A stretch of DNA of 53,952 bases, counting the filler, from Streblomastix strix (taxonomy: Eukaryota): assembly GCA_008636045.1 (NCBI GenBank). It is 3 parts of 3 records of this genome, joined end to end, with 100 filler letters (N's around TTAATTAATTAA, not from the genome) between each part and the next. Parts side by side here need not be neighbours in the genome. Positions count along the whole stretch, not along the records: positions 1 to 17,932 come from SNRW01000658.1; positions 18,033 to 35,953 come from SNRW01000659.1; 1 more part is not named here. One strand, given 5' to 3'. The notes under the pieces were generated by a model. The model was not told the origin of the DNA. It worked only from the letters and a program-made list of their open reading frames with translations, and did no database searches. The translations under genes were made by a program, and so were the position numbers. Numbering within the stretch: position 1 is the first letter of the stretch; every line of letters starts with the position of its first letter. This document shows positions 12,928 to 27,000 of the stretch, in pieces.

Positions 12928-15265
12928 ATGGAAGTATAAATCGGTGATACTACTTTACTTCGAGACAACAAAGGATAAGATCTATTTGTTGTTGTGAAAA
13001 AAGCTGGGTTTGCTATGCTTCTTAAATAATTACTAAATACTTATTTTTTTTTCAATGTAGCTCAATATCATTATCAAAAAGAACCATTCTTTTTTCCCAA
13101 TTAATAGGTGCATTGTATGGTGCTACGTACTCTATTGATGTAAAGGGAAATTTGACGCGAATTGATCCTTCAGCTGCCCTTGATATTGAAGGAATTGCTC
13201 GCTCATTTACATGTAAGTCATATATAATTTACCTTATTATATATTACTATTGTTTATTTTATTGGCTTAGAGTACAAAGAGTAATAAGAATTGAAAGTGA
13301 ATATTGAACCATCTCCATCTCCTTCTCCAGGATTAATTGACCAATAATCATAATCATAAATTGATACTGAATAGACAACACCAAGTTTAAAGATTATATA
13401 ATATGCAAATCCATAATTCAATCCCATGTCAATTTCTAAAGAGTCATTAGAATCAAAAGCTAAAGACAATAGAGAACTATTTGATACAAGTACTGCATAA
13501 CAACTTGGATATGAAGACATAATAAAGATGAAGTAAAGTGGAGCTTTGGCTGAGTAGATTGTTGGGGGACTTATCACTCAGTCAAAAACATTTGATTCTA
13601 AAACTGATTTCTCAAAAGAAAAATATATTAAGAAGAAATTAAATAAGTATGAATACTATTATTAACATTCTATACTTATTCATATTATTGATCTTTATTC
13701 TATAATGATATAATATTGTATTTAGACATTAACGTCTTGTGACTATTCTTAAACCAACAATATTTCTTCTTTGTGAATCATATTTCAGTCATAAACCTGA
13801 GAAAGTTGGATTTATGAGAAGTGATTTATTATCTTAGATACTAACACTTGCAAATGTGAATACCAGATATAATAATACATTAAGTAGTTCAAATACAATT
13901 AATTCATCAGTATCATCTAAAATAACACAATCTCCTTCATTATTATCTAATTAATTATAATCCTATACTAATGCAATTGTATTTGATGAATGTGGAGGAA
14001 TAGTTATAGCATCAATGGCTAAATAAATGGGAGGTGCATCTTAATTAGCAACTCTATTATAGGCATATTCTACCCAATAACCAACAGAAGGTGATGCATC
14101 TACAAGAATTATTCTTAATAAAGATGAGGTATTATTATTATATTCAATTATTATTATTTTCAATTATTATTATTATATTTATATTTATATAAATACTCTA
14201 TAAAATAATTAATAGATCAAATCAATAGTACCAATTCCATTATAACTATTTGATAAAGCACTTAAAAGCAATCCAACTGCAGGTCCATTAGGTTAAGTTA
14301 GATATATATCTCAATCTATATAATCCGTGAGTCAAGAATTAATACCAGTTAATTAATCTTCATCATCTATACCATAATTGATATAATCATAACACTCCAC
14401 ACCACTATTAGTATCATAGTAGATAGTATCTCTATAGTAACAGACTCAATCTAATATATCTCCCCATATATAGTAGACTCCATTAGAATCACCAGCAATT
14501 GCACTTCTCATGTCTTCTGCTACTTTCTCATTCTCAAATGGACTCAATAAACCTCAGAAGAAAGAAGATACATTAAAGAAGAAGAAGAATAAGAAAGAGA
14601 ATTAAGAAGAGAAGGATAAAGCAGATAATAAATCAACTTCTTTTATTTAGATTAAGAAAGATATGATTAAGGACATTGAAATTGATATTAAACCAAAATA
14701 ACAGTTATTGATTTAATAATAAACACCACTCTCTCCACAAGAGCGCAGATAATAATAATAAACTCAACATACTGCATCATTACTTGGATTACTAAAATAA
14801 TCATTATTCTGGTCCCATAGTCTTGTTATTGCAACCAGTAAACATGATCCATCAACAATATTCCATATTTTATTTCCTTTCCTTAAACTATCAGGTTCAT
14901 TTGTTATATATTCACCATACCTGTAAATACTGACTAATCTATGTCATTCTATCCGTACAAGTGGCAATGCAGTATACGTAGAGCTAAGTGAGAGTGTTTT
15001 ATTGAGATAATATCAGATACTTCCTGATCGTACACATCCATCTGTTGAATCTCCTTCTAGAGGTGGTGGATTCATTCTATCTGGAATAAAAGTTGGGGAC
15101 ATTAATTAACAAGGAGATTAGAAAGTGGATGAATTTGATCATATTGATGCAAAGGAGATCAAAGATGATTCAGAATTGAAATCAGAAAGTGATGGGTCTG
15201 ATGATAAGGAAGAAAAGGGATAGAATAATGCAAGAAAGAGACTACGCAAAACTGAAGATGATTGA
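12928..15265 (+). CDS. TRM6: tRNA (adenine-58-N1)-methyltransferase non-catalytic subunit (Gcd10/TRM6)
   Basis: LIGALYGATY; DNRELFDTSTAQQLGYEDIIKMKQSG; SKTFDSKTDFSKEKYIKKK; GFMRSDLLSQILTLANV; SGSFVIYSPY; RQYQILPDRTHP; GGGFILSGIKV. Four GT-AG introns; TGA 15263-15265. Confidence 0.95.
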
Positions 15266-15640
15266 TTTTATATTACCTTAATATTATTTTATTTTTAAAT
15301 TTTATAATATTTTAACAATAAATTTAATATAAAAGTTAATATTTAAATTGGGAATTTTTTCAGGAAAAAAAATAAGTAATCAAAAATAGGTGTTCTAGAT
15401 CTGGTTTGGTACATTAATCTGAATTAACCTTTATTAAATTGATTTAAACAAGCATAAAAGGCCAAAGCAAGGTAATCAATTTATTATTTCTGCTAATATA
15501 TTAAAAAACTCCACCTTTGCTTGCTCAAGCATCATCATAACTCTTTATCATAATTTTCTCATTTCTTCAGTACATTATTTAATAAATTATATAAATTTAG
15601 CCTATTTGTTTATCGATTTATTAGGTTTGCTCAGAATTGA

Positions 15641-17932
15641 ATGAAACTCACCCCTGTCTCCGAGCTTCCACGTGAGCACTATGGAATAGAGTAAGATGAA
15701 TAATTGGTGATTACAGTTGGATGTACGTTGGCTGGCTAGGCAAACATGTAGGGCACTCTGTTCCTCTTTACTAAGCACCTGGTATTTTGTTCATCAAGAG
15801 TGCTTGAAGGAATAGCTTTAAATCTTCATAAGCTAACAAGGATTATGTAAAAATCATATGCAGATGGAAAAAGTGGATTTGTGGTTACTTCTGATGTTAT
15901 TGTATGATTGAACATGAAAATTAAATTACTTTTAAATTTTTTATTACTATTATTTTTATCAGGAGCTTGAATTTATACCATTTGACAATCTTGATAAAAT
16001 AATAGAAGCATTTTCTTCACTTATAGCAAAAGGAAACACGAGACTGCACTCAACGTCACTTCCTTTTATTCCTCAAGCTATCACATAAATACCTCCTCTT
16101 ATTGATAAAACTCATTCTTAGCCAAAATCAGAATTTTAAGATATTGATTAACAATCTTCATCTCAATTGGAAAATAATGAAGATAGAACCAAATAATAAT
16201 TTGAAGTGAGCTAATTAGCATTAAAATGGTAAAATGATAAAATAATTGGACTGAAGTAAGAAAGACAATCCTTCCTCTAATTCAGAGAAGACAATCCCCC
16301 TCATTTCCCATTTATGTGCGATAACCCATTCTAATATATGGTAAGTAGAGACAAACTAAGCTTTGACGATGAAGTAATAGATGGATTACCAATTGGAAAT
16401 AACATTGAAGCATTAAGTACTTTAAAAGACTAGAAAGATATAATAGAAGATGAAGATCAATCATTAGAACATGAAGCATATGTAAGAAGGACATAAAGTG
16501 GTCCTGCTCATTTTGAGATTAAAGATGAAAGAATGAATGAAGACAATAAGAAGAAGTAGGATATTAGTAAGAATAAAGAATAGAAGATAGCAAAGATTGG
16601 AGAATAAGATATAATTGAGGAATCTGAATGGGAGTATGAAGAAGAAGAACTCATTTGTGAGGTGAATGATGAAACTGATGATGAAAGTGCAATCAGTACA
16701 GAAGATGGAAGTAAGAAGGAGAAGAAATATTAATCTACATAATAATAGCCAAATTAATAATTACAAGTTTAATAATAAACAAATTAATAAGATTAAAATA
16801 CAGGAAATACATCAATGATTAGTTAATTAGAATAAATAAATGTAATTCCAAATAGAAGTAGAAGTAATCCTGTTGATACAATAAAGATAACCAAGAAATA
16901 GTTGGATTAATTAAAGTAAAATACAGATAAAAGTAAACCTCTTTTATTGTCATAATAATTGGACTCTCTTGCCAATCAACATAGTTATACACCTCCTGCT
17001 GCATTTGCTCCAAAATCATAATAATTATAGCAGACATAAAATAATGATAATAATTAACAATAAACATCAAATATTGATATAAAACCATAGGAAATACTTA
17101 ATAAAGATAGCTTATAAACTCCTTTAATATATTAACCAGAATATCCAGCAAGGTCGAAGTCAAGTGTTGATAAAGGAGATAAAGAAAAGGGCGAATAAGT
17201 TGATCAGAAGAAGAATATAAATAATAAACCATTCTCTGCATTTAGTAATTCAGAGCACCCAATAGTATAAGATGATGAATATCCATCATATAAACACACC
17301 CAATCATAATAATAGATCTAAACACAGTCATATTCATACTAATAATCCTCTTAATCACCTCATCCTTCCCCATAAAGTGTAACTACTGTATCTGTATCAT
17401 CATCTCCATCTTCATCTCTTTTTGCTGATCTACCTTCTTCATTGGCTATTGCACTCAATAATCACAAAATAGATACAAATTAAGATTCATTAGATAAAGA
17501 TTAACAGTTAATACAGAATACTAGATTTATGTTAGATATATAAAAAGTATAGCTTAGAAATCCAAGGTTAAGTTTAATACCAAAATAATCTAAATAATCA
17601 TCAAAGAATGAATAATTATAGACAAATAATAATAATAATAATAGTAGTAGTAGTAGTAATAGTGATAATTTAATTGAATCAAATTAAAATCAAAAGTAAT
17701 TACCAACTTCACCTTTAAGTCCATCATAACCTACTCCTCCTCCTACACTTAAATAATCAATGAATAATTAATAAGTAAATAAATTAATTAATAATAATAA
17801 ATAATAATAAAAAGTAACTAATTAATTAATAAAAGTTTTTACATTAGATAATAGTGGATAATCATCATCATCATCATCATCTACTATTATAACATCACCT
17901 TCAATAACTCTTTCATCACATACTAATTCTTC
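15641..17932 (+). CDS. GRAM-domain protein with a long Q/S/E low-complexity region; 3' end lost in the gap
   Basis: YGIEQDEQLVITVGCTLAGQANMQGTLFLFTKHLVFCSS matches the GRAM pattern (E.L...f.C.L......qG.lyl....lcF.S). One intron ~15902-15962, then an open frame up to the N run. Confidence 0.7.
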
Positions 17933-18032
17933 NNNNNNNNNNNNNNNNNNNNNNNNNNNNNNNNNNNNNNNNNNNNTTAATTAATTAANNNNNNNNNNNN
18001 NNNNNNNNNNNNNNNNNNNNNNNNNNNNNNNN
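17933..18032. other. Artificial contig linker: 44 N + TTAATTAATTAA + 44 N
   Basis: Exactly 100 nt with a six-frame TAA spacer; identical to the linker at 35954-36053. Confidence 0.95.
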
Positions 18033-18040
18033 ATTTATAG

Positions 18041-21000
18041 GAGAAAAATCTACTTCTAAACTATAATCTACTATTAATATTTCATAATAAGATGATGATT
18101 ATTATAAATTGGAAGATGATATTCATGATTGTATGATGTTAATAACTTAGAAAATTAAATTTATAATAATAAATACCATTTAATTTTTCATATTAAAATA
18201 TTTATATAATACAATATTTGTATCATTTAGATGATAATTCAAGAATAAAACCGTTGGAAAACGAAGGAGATGATGAATATTTATAAACAGTTTAAACATT
18301 AAAGGATTAAATTTCTTCTGGATTTATTTATAAATAAGATGGTTTGTGATTAAAATAAATATTAATAAATATATTAATATTTTAAGAATTTTTAAAAAAA
18401 ATAAAATGATGTTGAATTTGAATATATGAATAAATTTAATATTTATTTTAATTTAATTTAATTATCGAATATTTATAGATAAATATAAATTGAAATACCA
18501 ACCTAAAAGGCGAAAAATAATAATAAAGTATTAACAACATTTAAGAAAGAAATTATTTAATATTTCATTATTCTCTATTAAATATATTAATTATATAAAT
18601 ATATATAGAAGAGGATTAATTGGATGGCCTTCATATTCAGGAGACAGTGTTGGAATGTAGGAATCTATTCCTATTAAGGAAGAGATGCTGAAAGCTGTAT
18701 GAATTAATATTTATATTTGTTGGATGTATTTATTCTCTATTCTGTGTTATTAGTACCATCGTCAACCTTTAATTGGAGGAGGAAATAGGAATAATATGGA
18801 TGAAGATAAAGATGGTGAAAATGGACAATAAGGAAAAGATGATTTATATGTTTAAAATGATGTCATTGTTATGATGTAATAAATGTTAAGTGAATAATAA
18901 GTATGCAATATTTAAATTAAACAAAGGAAAGATTAAAATAAAAGAAAGAAAAATTATTAAAACTGAACTTTAAGTATATTATTCATTTATAAATTTATAG
19001 AACAAATAGCATCAAGATGAAAATGTATAACCTACTTTATTAGAAAAAGTTGTTATGGGACATGAAGGAGCTATTACAGGTATATATTATTGGTTTAATG
19101 TATTGTTATATTTAATATAAACTGATATACTCATTTTTTTTATTAACACTGTTAATCAATATATATAATTATAGGTTTAGTACCACTTCCAGGAACTATT
19201 CATACAATTGCATCATCTTCAAATGATGGACTTATTCTTTTATGGGATGTAACTAAAGAAAAAGTTTGATATAATCATTTATAAACAAAATTGAAAATTA
19301 AATAAAAAATTAATATAAAATGTCTTAATATTTATTTTTATATTTTAAATAGGTTCGTAATGTACTTCGTAAGCATACAAGGGCAGTAACTTGTCTGATA
19401 TGGCATCCTCAAGCACAATTGCTTATCAGTGGAGGTACATTATATATTAAATAAAATGAAAAGTGATAAATAATATTAAAGGAATTCTTAAGTTTATATT
19501 TTTGATTTCTATTTCCTAATATTTTTGATGTTGATTTATAGGAGCTGATAATATGATTCATGTGTGGAATCCATTTGTTAGTAGGAATGTTTTTTCTCAT
19601 ACATTTCGAGGTTTAATTATAATTCTTTTATAAAATAACACTTTATAATAAAATTGAAATAAAATTTGAATAATTGTAATTAATTCATTATGAATAATAT
19701 TTCAATATATTATAAATAGGTCATAGGGCAATAGTTTGTGCAATTAATACAATACCAAATACAAACGAATTTGTTTCAATGAGTAGGTATAGAAATCATT
19801 AATTAATCTAATTCATATTTATTATTTATTATTAATTATTTATTATTTATTATTTATTATTTATTTCCAATAGAGATGGAGGAGTAAGAGTTTGGGATGT
19901 GAAGTCAACTCTTCTTATTTAAACCTTCTCTGTTGATATTGAAGGAATTATAGGTTTGAATATAATAGATGAAAAAAATAGAAATATTTTCAATTCATCA
20001 TATATTTGTATTTTATTAAGGAGGAACACCAGATGGAGATTCACTCTCAATTACTGCCAGTATATTTATAACTCATTTTTTATAATATATTTTTTATTTC
20101 TATTTTCTTCATACTTATTTTACTATCATATATTTCATCATACAGCAAAAGGAAGTAATATTTCAGGAGTGGGACTTAAATAGAACATGAGTAAATAATA
20201 AAATCTCGCTGTTTTGAAAGAAATATAGAAAGCATAAACAGTTATTAATGAATCTGGTCCAGCGATTAAAGTATTGAAGAATAAATATTATGAATAAATT
20301 ACAGAAATTATTTTAATTAGATAAAAAAAATGAATGTTTTTATTATTTACTATTAAATAATAATTATGTAATGTAGGAATGTACAGCCTTATCTATATGT
20401 GGAGATTTATCAAATAGATTAATTGTTGCTGGACCCCGAAGATTAGCGTTTTTTGATTTCTTTTGTTTGGGAAAAGGTTTATAAATAATTTTTGCTTTTA
20501 AAAAACAACTTTAAGATATCAACTTTATTTGTTAATAAAAACTAATTATTCATTTATTTTTCATTATTTTCCTATTATTTGAAAACAAATATATTATTTA
20601 GTTAATTAAGATACTGTAGATGATGTTGTTGTTGGTGATGATTAAGATAATGGAGAAGCTGATGAAGAAGATATTGATAATTTTGTTGCAGTACGTTTAA
20701 ATGAAAATAAATTAGTTAATAGTGAAAATAGAAATAATATATAAAAAATATGATATATTCATTATATATTTTTATTTATTATATTATTATAGGTAGAGAA
20801 GAAAAGAATAGATAGATAAAAGAAGAATTTATTGGAGAATATGGCAAAGGGATTGAGAATAGAAAAAAGAAAGAAAGCTGGAGCAATATAAAATGATTGT
20901 ATGCAAATAGATAAAAATATTAAATATTAGTACTGATTTATATTCATTATTATTGCATTTGAACTAATATATCTTTAATATTAAAATAATATAGTAGATA

Positions 21001-24000
21001 CAGTTGGATAACAATCATCTACAAAAAATGTTGTTGGAAGTGAAATTGGTTCTATTGGTATATATAAATAGAAAATATTTGATTTATACAACATTATTAT
21101 TTTATTAATATTACTATTTTTCAGGGAAAAAGAAAAATTTTAGATCAGAGGAGAAAAAAGCATAATTGTCAGTAACAAGAACTGCAATGGCCAGAGGTAT
21201 TAAAAATTATTAAAGAATTTTTAAAATAAATGAATAAATAATTTTTAGAGTGGAAGGATAATAAGAAAATTAAATTAACAATATATTAATATGTACTTAT
21301 ATATAATTTAAATAGGAGGTCATTATATAGGAATAGCATCAGATAATAACCCATTTGCTAATAAGAGGAGTGATGGAGATGGAGAAGTATTATATCATAA
21401 ATTAATAATTAAATATTAATAAATAAATAAATTAAGAATTAAAATTGTAAAAAGTAATACAATAATTTATTTCCTATTATACTTATTTATATAATCTATT
21501 CAATATTAATATTCATTTAAGGGAAATGTTGGATAAATATTAGGAAATGCAGTATCTTCTTAATTAGCTGGAGATGGATTAGAGTAAGTCAGAAGTAAAA
21601 GTGGAAAGGTATTATTTTCTTTAATAACTGTTATTTTTATTTATTATTTTTTTCTAATAATGTTTTTTTTTTCAATATATAGGCATTACAAACATTATTG
21701 GGTAGATCAAAAGTGTAATAGTTAGAAGTTTCATTATCGACACATTTTGGATATTCATCTACTGGAAAGAAAAGTAAAGTTAGTGCAAGAGTATGAAATA
21801 TATTAGAATAAATAAATTATTGAAATGAACAGAACAATACTTTATTTGATATATTTTTTGATTTATTTGTAATATTTTAATATCAATTTATTAATTACTT
21901 TTTCTGTATAAATTTATTAGCCAATAAGATCAGCAGTATATAATGAATTATATGGAACAATTGCAACTGCTGTAGAAAATAGCACAAGATTATTTGATGC
22001 ACATACAGGTATTATTAATAATAATAATATAATACTGTAATTATATGAAAAATATGACAAGGAAATATTTATCCTATAATTATTCTTTCATCACTTTATT
22101 TTTAATTTTAGGATATTAAAATGGATAATATGAAATGGAAAATCTTGTAACTGCATTGAGTATTGATGGAAGATAAAGAAAACTATATGTTGGTATGTAA
22201 AATTTAAAAAAAAAAGTGTTGTAGAAAATTTATTATAATTAAATCTAATATTTTTTTTTTCATTCATTATTTTTATATTCATTAATTTATCATTAATATC
22301 TAATCAATAATATTATAGGTACAGTTGAGGGAACTGTTAAAGTATATAAATTTAATAATGGAGCATTAATGACTGAATTAGAAAGACATGTTGGGTAACC
22401 TCCAAATGCTGGTATTTGATATTTAAAAATTTTCTTATTAATTTATTTAAATTTCTTATTATTAGAAATAGTTGAAGAAGAAGAAAAGACAAATGTTGAC
22501 AAAGAAGTGGAAGAAGAAGAAAAAATAGAAGATGAAGAAGAAAATAAGGAAAAAGAGATAGAAAAAGATAAAGAAAAAGAATAAGGTAAAAATAAAGACT
22601 AAGTGAAAATTAAAGATAAGGAAAAAGAAGAGAAAGTTGATAAAGACAAAGAAAAAGACAAAGACAAATCATAACAATAACAATAATAATCAATTTAGCC
22701 CACACCAAAACCAAAATCAAAAATTAAAGCAAAAGCCAAAGTCAATTCAAATTTAAAGAAGAAGAAGAAATAAGAAGGAGATGAAGATGATGATGATGAA
22801 GATGAATAAGATGAAGATGAAGGAGAAGGAAAGAAGAAGAATTCTGTCCCAATAACATCAATATAATATATTGACTATTTAGGTATGAATAAATTAAAAA
22901 TAAAAATAAAAATATTTAAAATTAATTTCTTGGAAAAAAATTTAACCATTTATTGTAAATTGTTTTTATTTCATTTATAATAAATATTAGGAATGTGCTT
23001 CAGTACTTCATGGGAAAGAAGAGCAATTCTGGCTTCTGATACCGAAGACACGGTTAGATTTATTTCTCCTTTGTCTGGTGATTTATGTTGTGGAGCAGTT
23101 TGATGGAAATATTTAAATTAATTACAATTCAAACTTTTTTTTATTTTTTTGTTCTAATAATTAATTAATATTATAAAAGATTTGTGAATCAGAAGATATG
23201 GGACATGTTGGAACAGGAGCATCTGATAAAACAATTAGATTATTTGATGCAAAATCTTGTTAGATGACTGCATAATTTATAGCTGATCATGACGTATTTC
23301 AATACATTCTATTTTATTTATTACCATTATCATATCTTTCTATATTTCTATCTTTGCTTTTATTGGCTAAAATAGGTAAGCGCATTATCATTTATTGGAT
23401 CATTTCCATTAGTTATTAGTGGAGATTCAGATGGTGTGTTGTAAATGTGGTCTTATAAACCTTGTTCTTCCAGGTATAATAGATAATAATAAGAAAATAA
23501 AGATTAAAATATAAATAGAGGATTAATCATATATATCCAATTAAACTTATATTATTTATTAATTTATCTTTGATATATTAATTCATATGTTGATATAAAT
23601 AGAACAATGGTTGCAAGATGGATAAATGTTGAATAATATAAATTAAGAGAAAGGAATCGAGAGAAGGAAAGAGAGGTTGCTGAATAAGAGGAGAAAGAAA
23701 GAGGTATAAATAAATAAATTAATAATTAATTAATTAATAATAATATTTTAGATTAAAATTAATGTTTTCCTTAAATTAATTGTCATAATTTATTATTTAT
23801 TTATAACATCATAAATAGCATAATTAATTTTGCAGTAATAATAATAAGGAATGAATTAAAATTTAAGACAAAGAATGTAAATGATGAAATAAAAAACCTT
23901 TGTTGGTGGGACACTAGGGGTATAAATTATGTATATTTAATTAACAAAAATTATATCAATATTTATTCTTATTTATTTTTTCTTCTTTTCCATCTCCAAT

Positions 24001-27000
24001 TTTTTCTCTTTATTATTAGTCACCACAATAAGCATCAACAGCTACAATTGTATCACCAAATTCATCATAATAACCTCCTTATGTAAATAAATAATAATTA
24101 AGTAATAGTGCAAGTGGAGCAACAATATCAACTGTTTAATAATTATAAGTGAAAATAAACTAAACTGGATCAGTATAAGAAGTATAAGGAGAGAGAATGA
24201 CTGTTGGTTTGTGGATATTTATTAAAATGTATTATATGAATTTAAATTTGCTTTTTCTTATATTTTTTTTAAAAATTATTATTACTGATTGATAGGAATA
24301 ACAAAATTATGTTTTATTAGTAATTTCAAAATGGTTAAAACAATTAAAAGGGAATAAGATGGGAAAAAGAATAAGAAAAAGAAAAAGAAAGCAGATTTAG
24401 AGAAAGAATAATAAGAAAAGAAAGATGAACAGATTTAATTGAGTATTACTGAGAAATAAATATAAGATGATGAAAAATTGGTTTGAGTGATTAATAATAA
24501 AACAAATTACATTTTGAAAAGAATAACATTTCTCATAAATAATTCATTTCTTTTTAACAGGATTTTAGTGTAGATTTTGAAGATGAATCAGAATAAAATA
24601 CAACTACATCTGAATAAGAAGAAGGGAAAATGCCTTTATTGTAGGTTTGATATAAGAAAATAGAATAATATAATTATACTATATAATATATATTACATTA
24701 AATTAAATTAATTGTAATAATAGGATGCAATGGATTAAATTAGTGAAGATGAAGAAGATTAAGAATAAAAGAAGAAAGAAAGAGGTATATAATTTAGATA
24801 TATTTACTATTATTCTATTTACTTTTTATTATTTTACTTCATTTGCATATTAATTCAATTAGCACTTCTTAAAGCTTAAGGAATGTCGTACAAACGATCA
24901 TCTCAATACTCTTAAAGATAATCTAAAGTAAATATTCTTCTAAATAAAAACAACAAATTAACGTAATCAAATAGTTCAATTACTCAAGATGATGATGAAG
25001 AAGATGAAGAATCTGAAAGTGAAAGTTCAGGTGAAATTGATGGTGAATATGCGACTCTTATTAAATAGAAAGGAAGTGGAGAAAAGTTTGTATAAACAAT
25101 GAGAAAAGCTAAAATTATAGTAAGATAATAATAGATTTAAAATTATTTATTATTTTTTAATTATTTTTTAGTGATTAATCAAAATAACAAAAAAGAAAGA
25201 AGAAAGAAGAACAAGAGAAAGATTAATAAAATTAGAATGACGGAGAAGAAAAAGATGGTATAAGTAATTTTTATTAGTTTATATAATCTTATTTTCTTTT
25301 TTTAAAATATTCTTTATAAAAATTAAAAAGAGACAAATTAAACATAATAATCTTCTGATGGTATTACAATTACTTGATAATTACTGATTTATTAACTTTA
25401 TTTATATATATTGTCTATTTCTATTAATTATTAGAATCTACTTTCGTTATAAAATAATATAAATTATCATCGTAAGGTTCATAATTATTATAAAAATTTA
25501 AATAATAACATTAATAATAAGAACAAAAACCAAATGTTGTTATAAGAGAAAAAATTAAAGTGCCAAAGGTGAGGAAATATGGATAGTTAGTTGTTGTTGG
25601 TATGATCAATAGAAATATTTAGTAAGATAATAAGTAAAAGAAATTATATATAAATACATACTCTCTCTTTAATGCTTTAATCTATTTAATTAATAGGAGA
25701 TGAATAAGGATTTGTTACTATATATAATGTAGCATGGATCATTGCTGAATTAGGAATTAAAAGAATTGAAGAATACATTAAAGAGAAAGAAAAAGAAGCT
25801 GAAGAATAAGGAGGTTCGAATTAAGAGTAAAAGAGAATAAATAAATAATGAAAAAAGATATAAATAAAATATTAAGAATAATTTATTTTATTTTAAAATT
25901 CTATCTTTTTCTTCCTAAATATATTCTATATTTATCATTCTATCAATTTATAGGATAATTTAAAAAAGAAGAAGGAACTAATTTTAGTGTTCATTATCAT
26001 CCATTAAAGAAAACAAGGTTAGGAAGAAGAGAAAGAGATAATTTATTATTAGTTGGAAGGTAAGTTAATATAAGTAAAATAATTAATTAAAAAATAAAAT
26101 AAATTTGATTATTTATAACTTTTTTCTTATAATAATTTGCTATTAATCTTTATAATTATTCTCTTATAGATTTAGAGCACACAAAGACTCAATAACTTCT
26201 TTATAATATATTCCACTTAATGAGGCTTTATTAACATCATCTTTAGATGGACATGTACGCAGAACATATAAATATATAAAATATTTTCAATGAAAATTAT
26301 TTTTATTATTATATCTATTGTACAGATATGTATTTGGCATTTGGGTAAATTTGTAAGATCATTATAATAGGCTAAGAGAGCAGGAGGTAGAAATATGAAA
26401 TTTACAGGAAGGTATAAATTTTATATATAATTTTTTTATATTCGTATTTCTAATTAATAATTATGTCTTAAATATTCAATATTAATTAGAAAATTTAAAC
26501 GTAGATTAATTTAATAATAATGGCATGCAGATGTGATTGAAGAAAATGGATATTATAATATTTGGTGGAATGGTTGTATTAGACCAATTAGAAGGTTTGA
26601 ATTTTAATGAGAATTAAATGTTATGAAAGACAATTATTTATATTTATTTTAATATAACTTATTCATATTTAGACTTCCATAGTGTTTAGGAAGAATTCAT
26701 TCAATTAAAGGAGTAGTTGAAAGGTATAAACCAATTGATGCTTGGGGTTGGGGTTCTCTTGGTTTATGGTGGGATGGTTAGAGTGACAAATTAGAGGTAT
26801 ATTAAATAAGAAGTAAAATTATTATCGACAAAAGACTATTAAAAATATGATTTTATTTTTTATTTTATTATGTTTATTTATTTATATTGGATTTATTCAT
26901 ATAGATTCCACAATCACATGAAATATATTATGAAGATTAAGATTCGGAAATTACTTAAGCTATTTAAAATATGCAAAATAATGAAAATAAAGAAAATTTT

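Noticed and set aside
15385..15570. Slightly GC-richer intergenic segment with an ATGATGA (box C-like) motif on the minus strand
   Set aside because: No matching downstream box D (CTGA) or terminal stem found, so a snoRNA call is unsupported.
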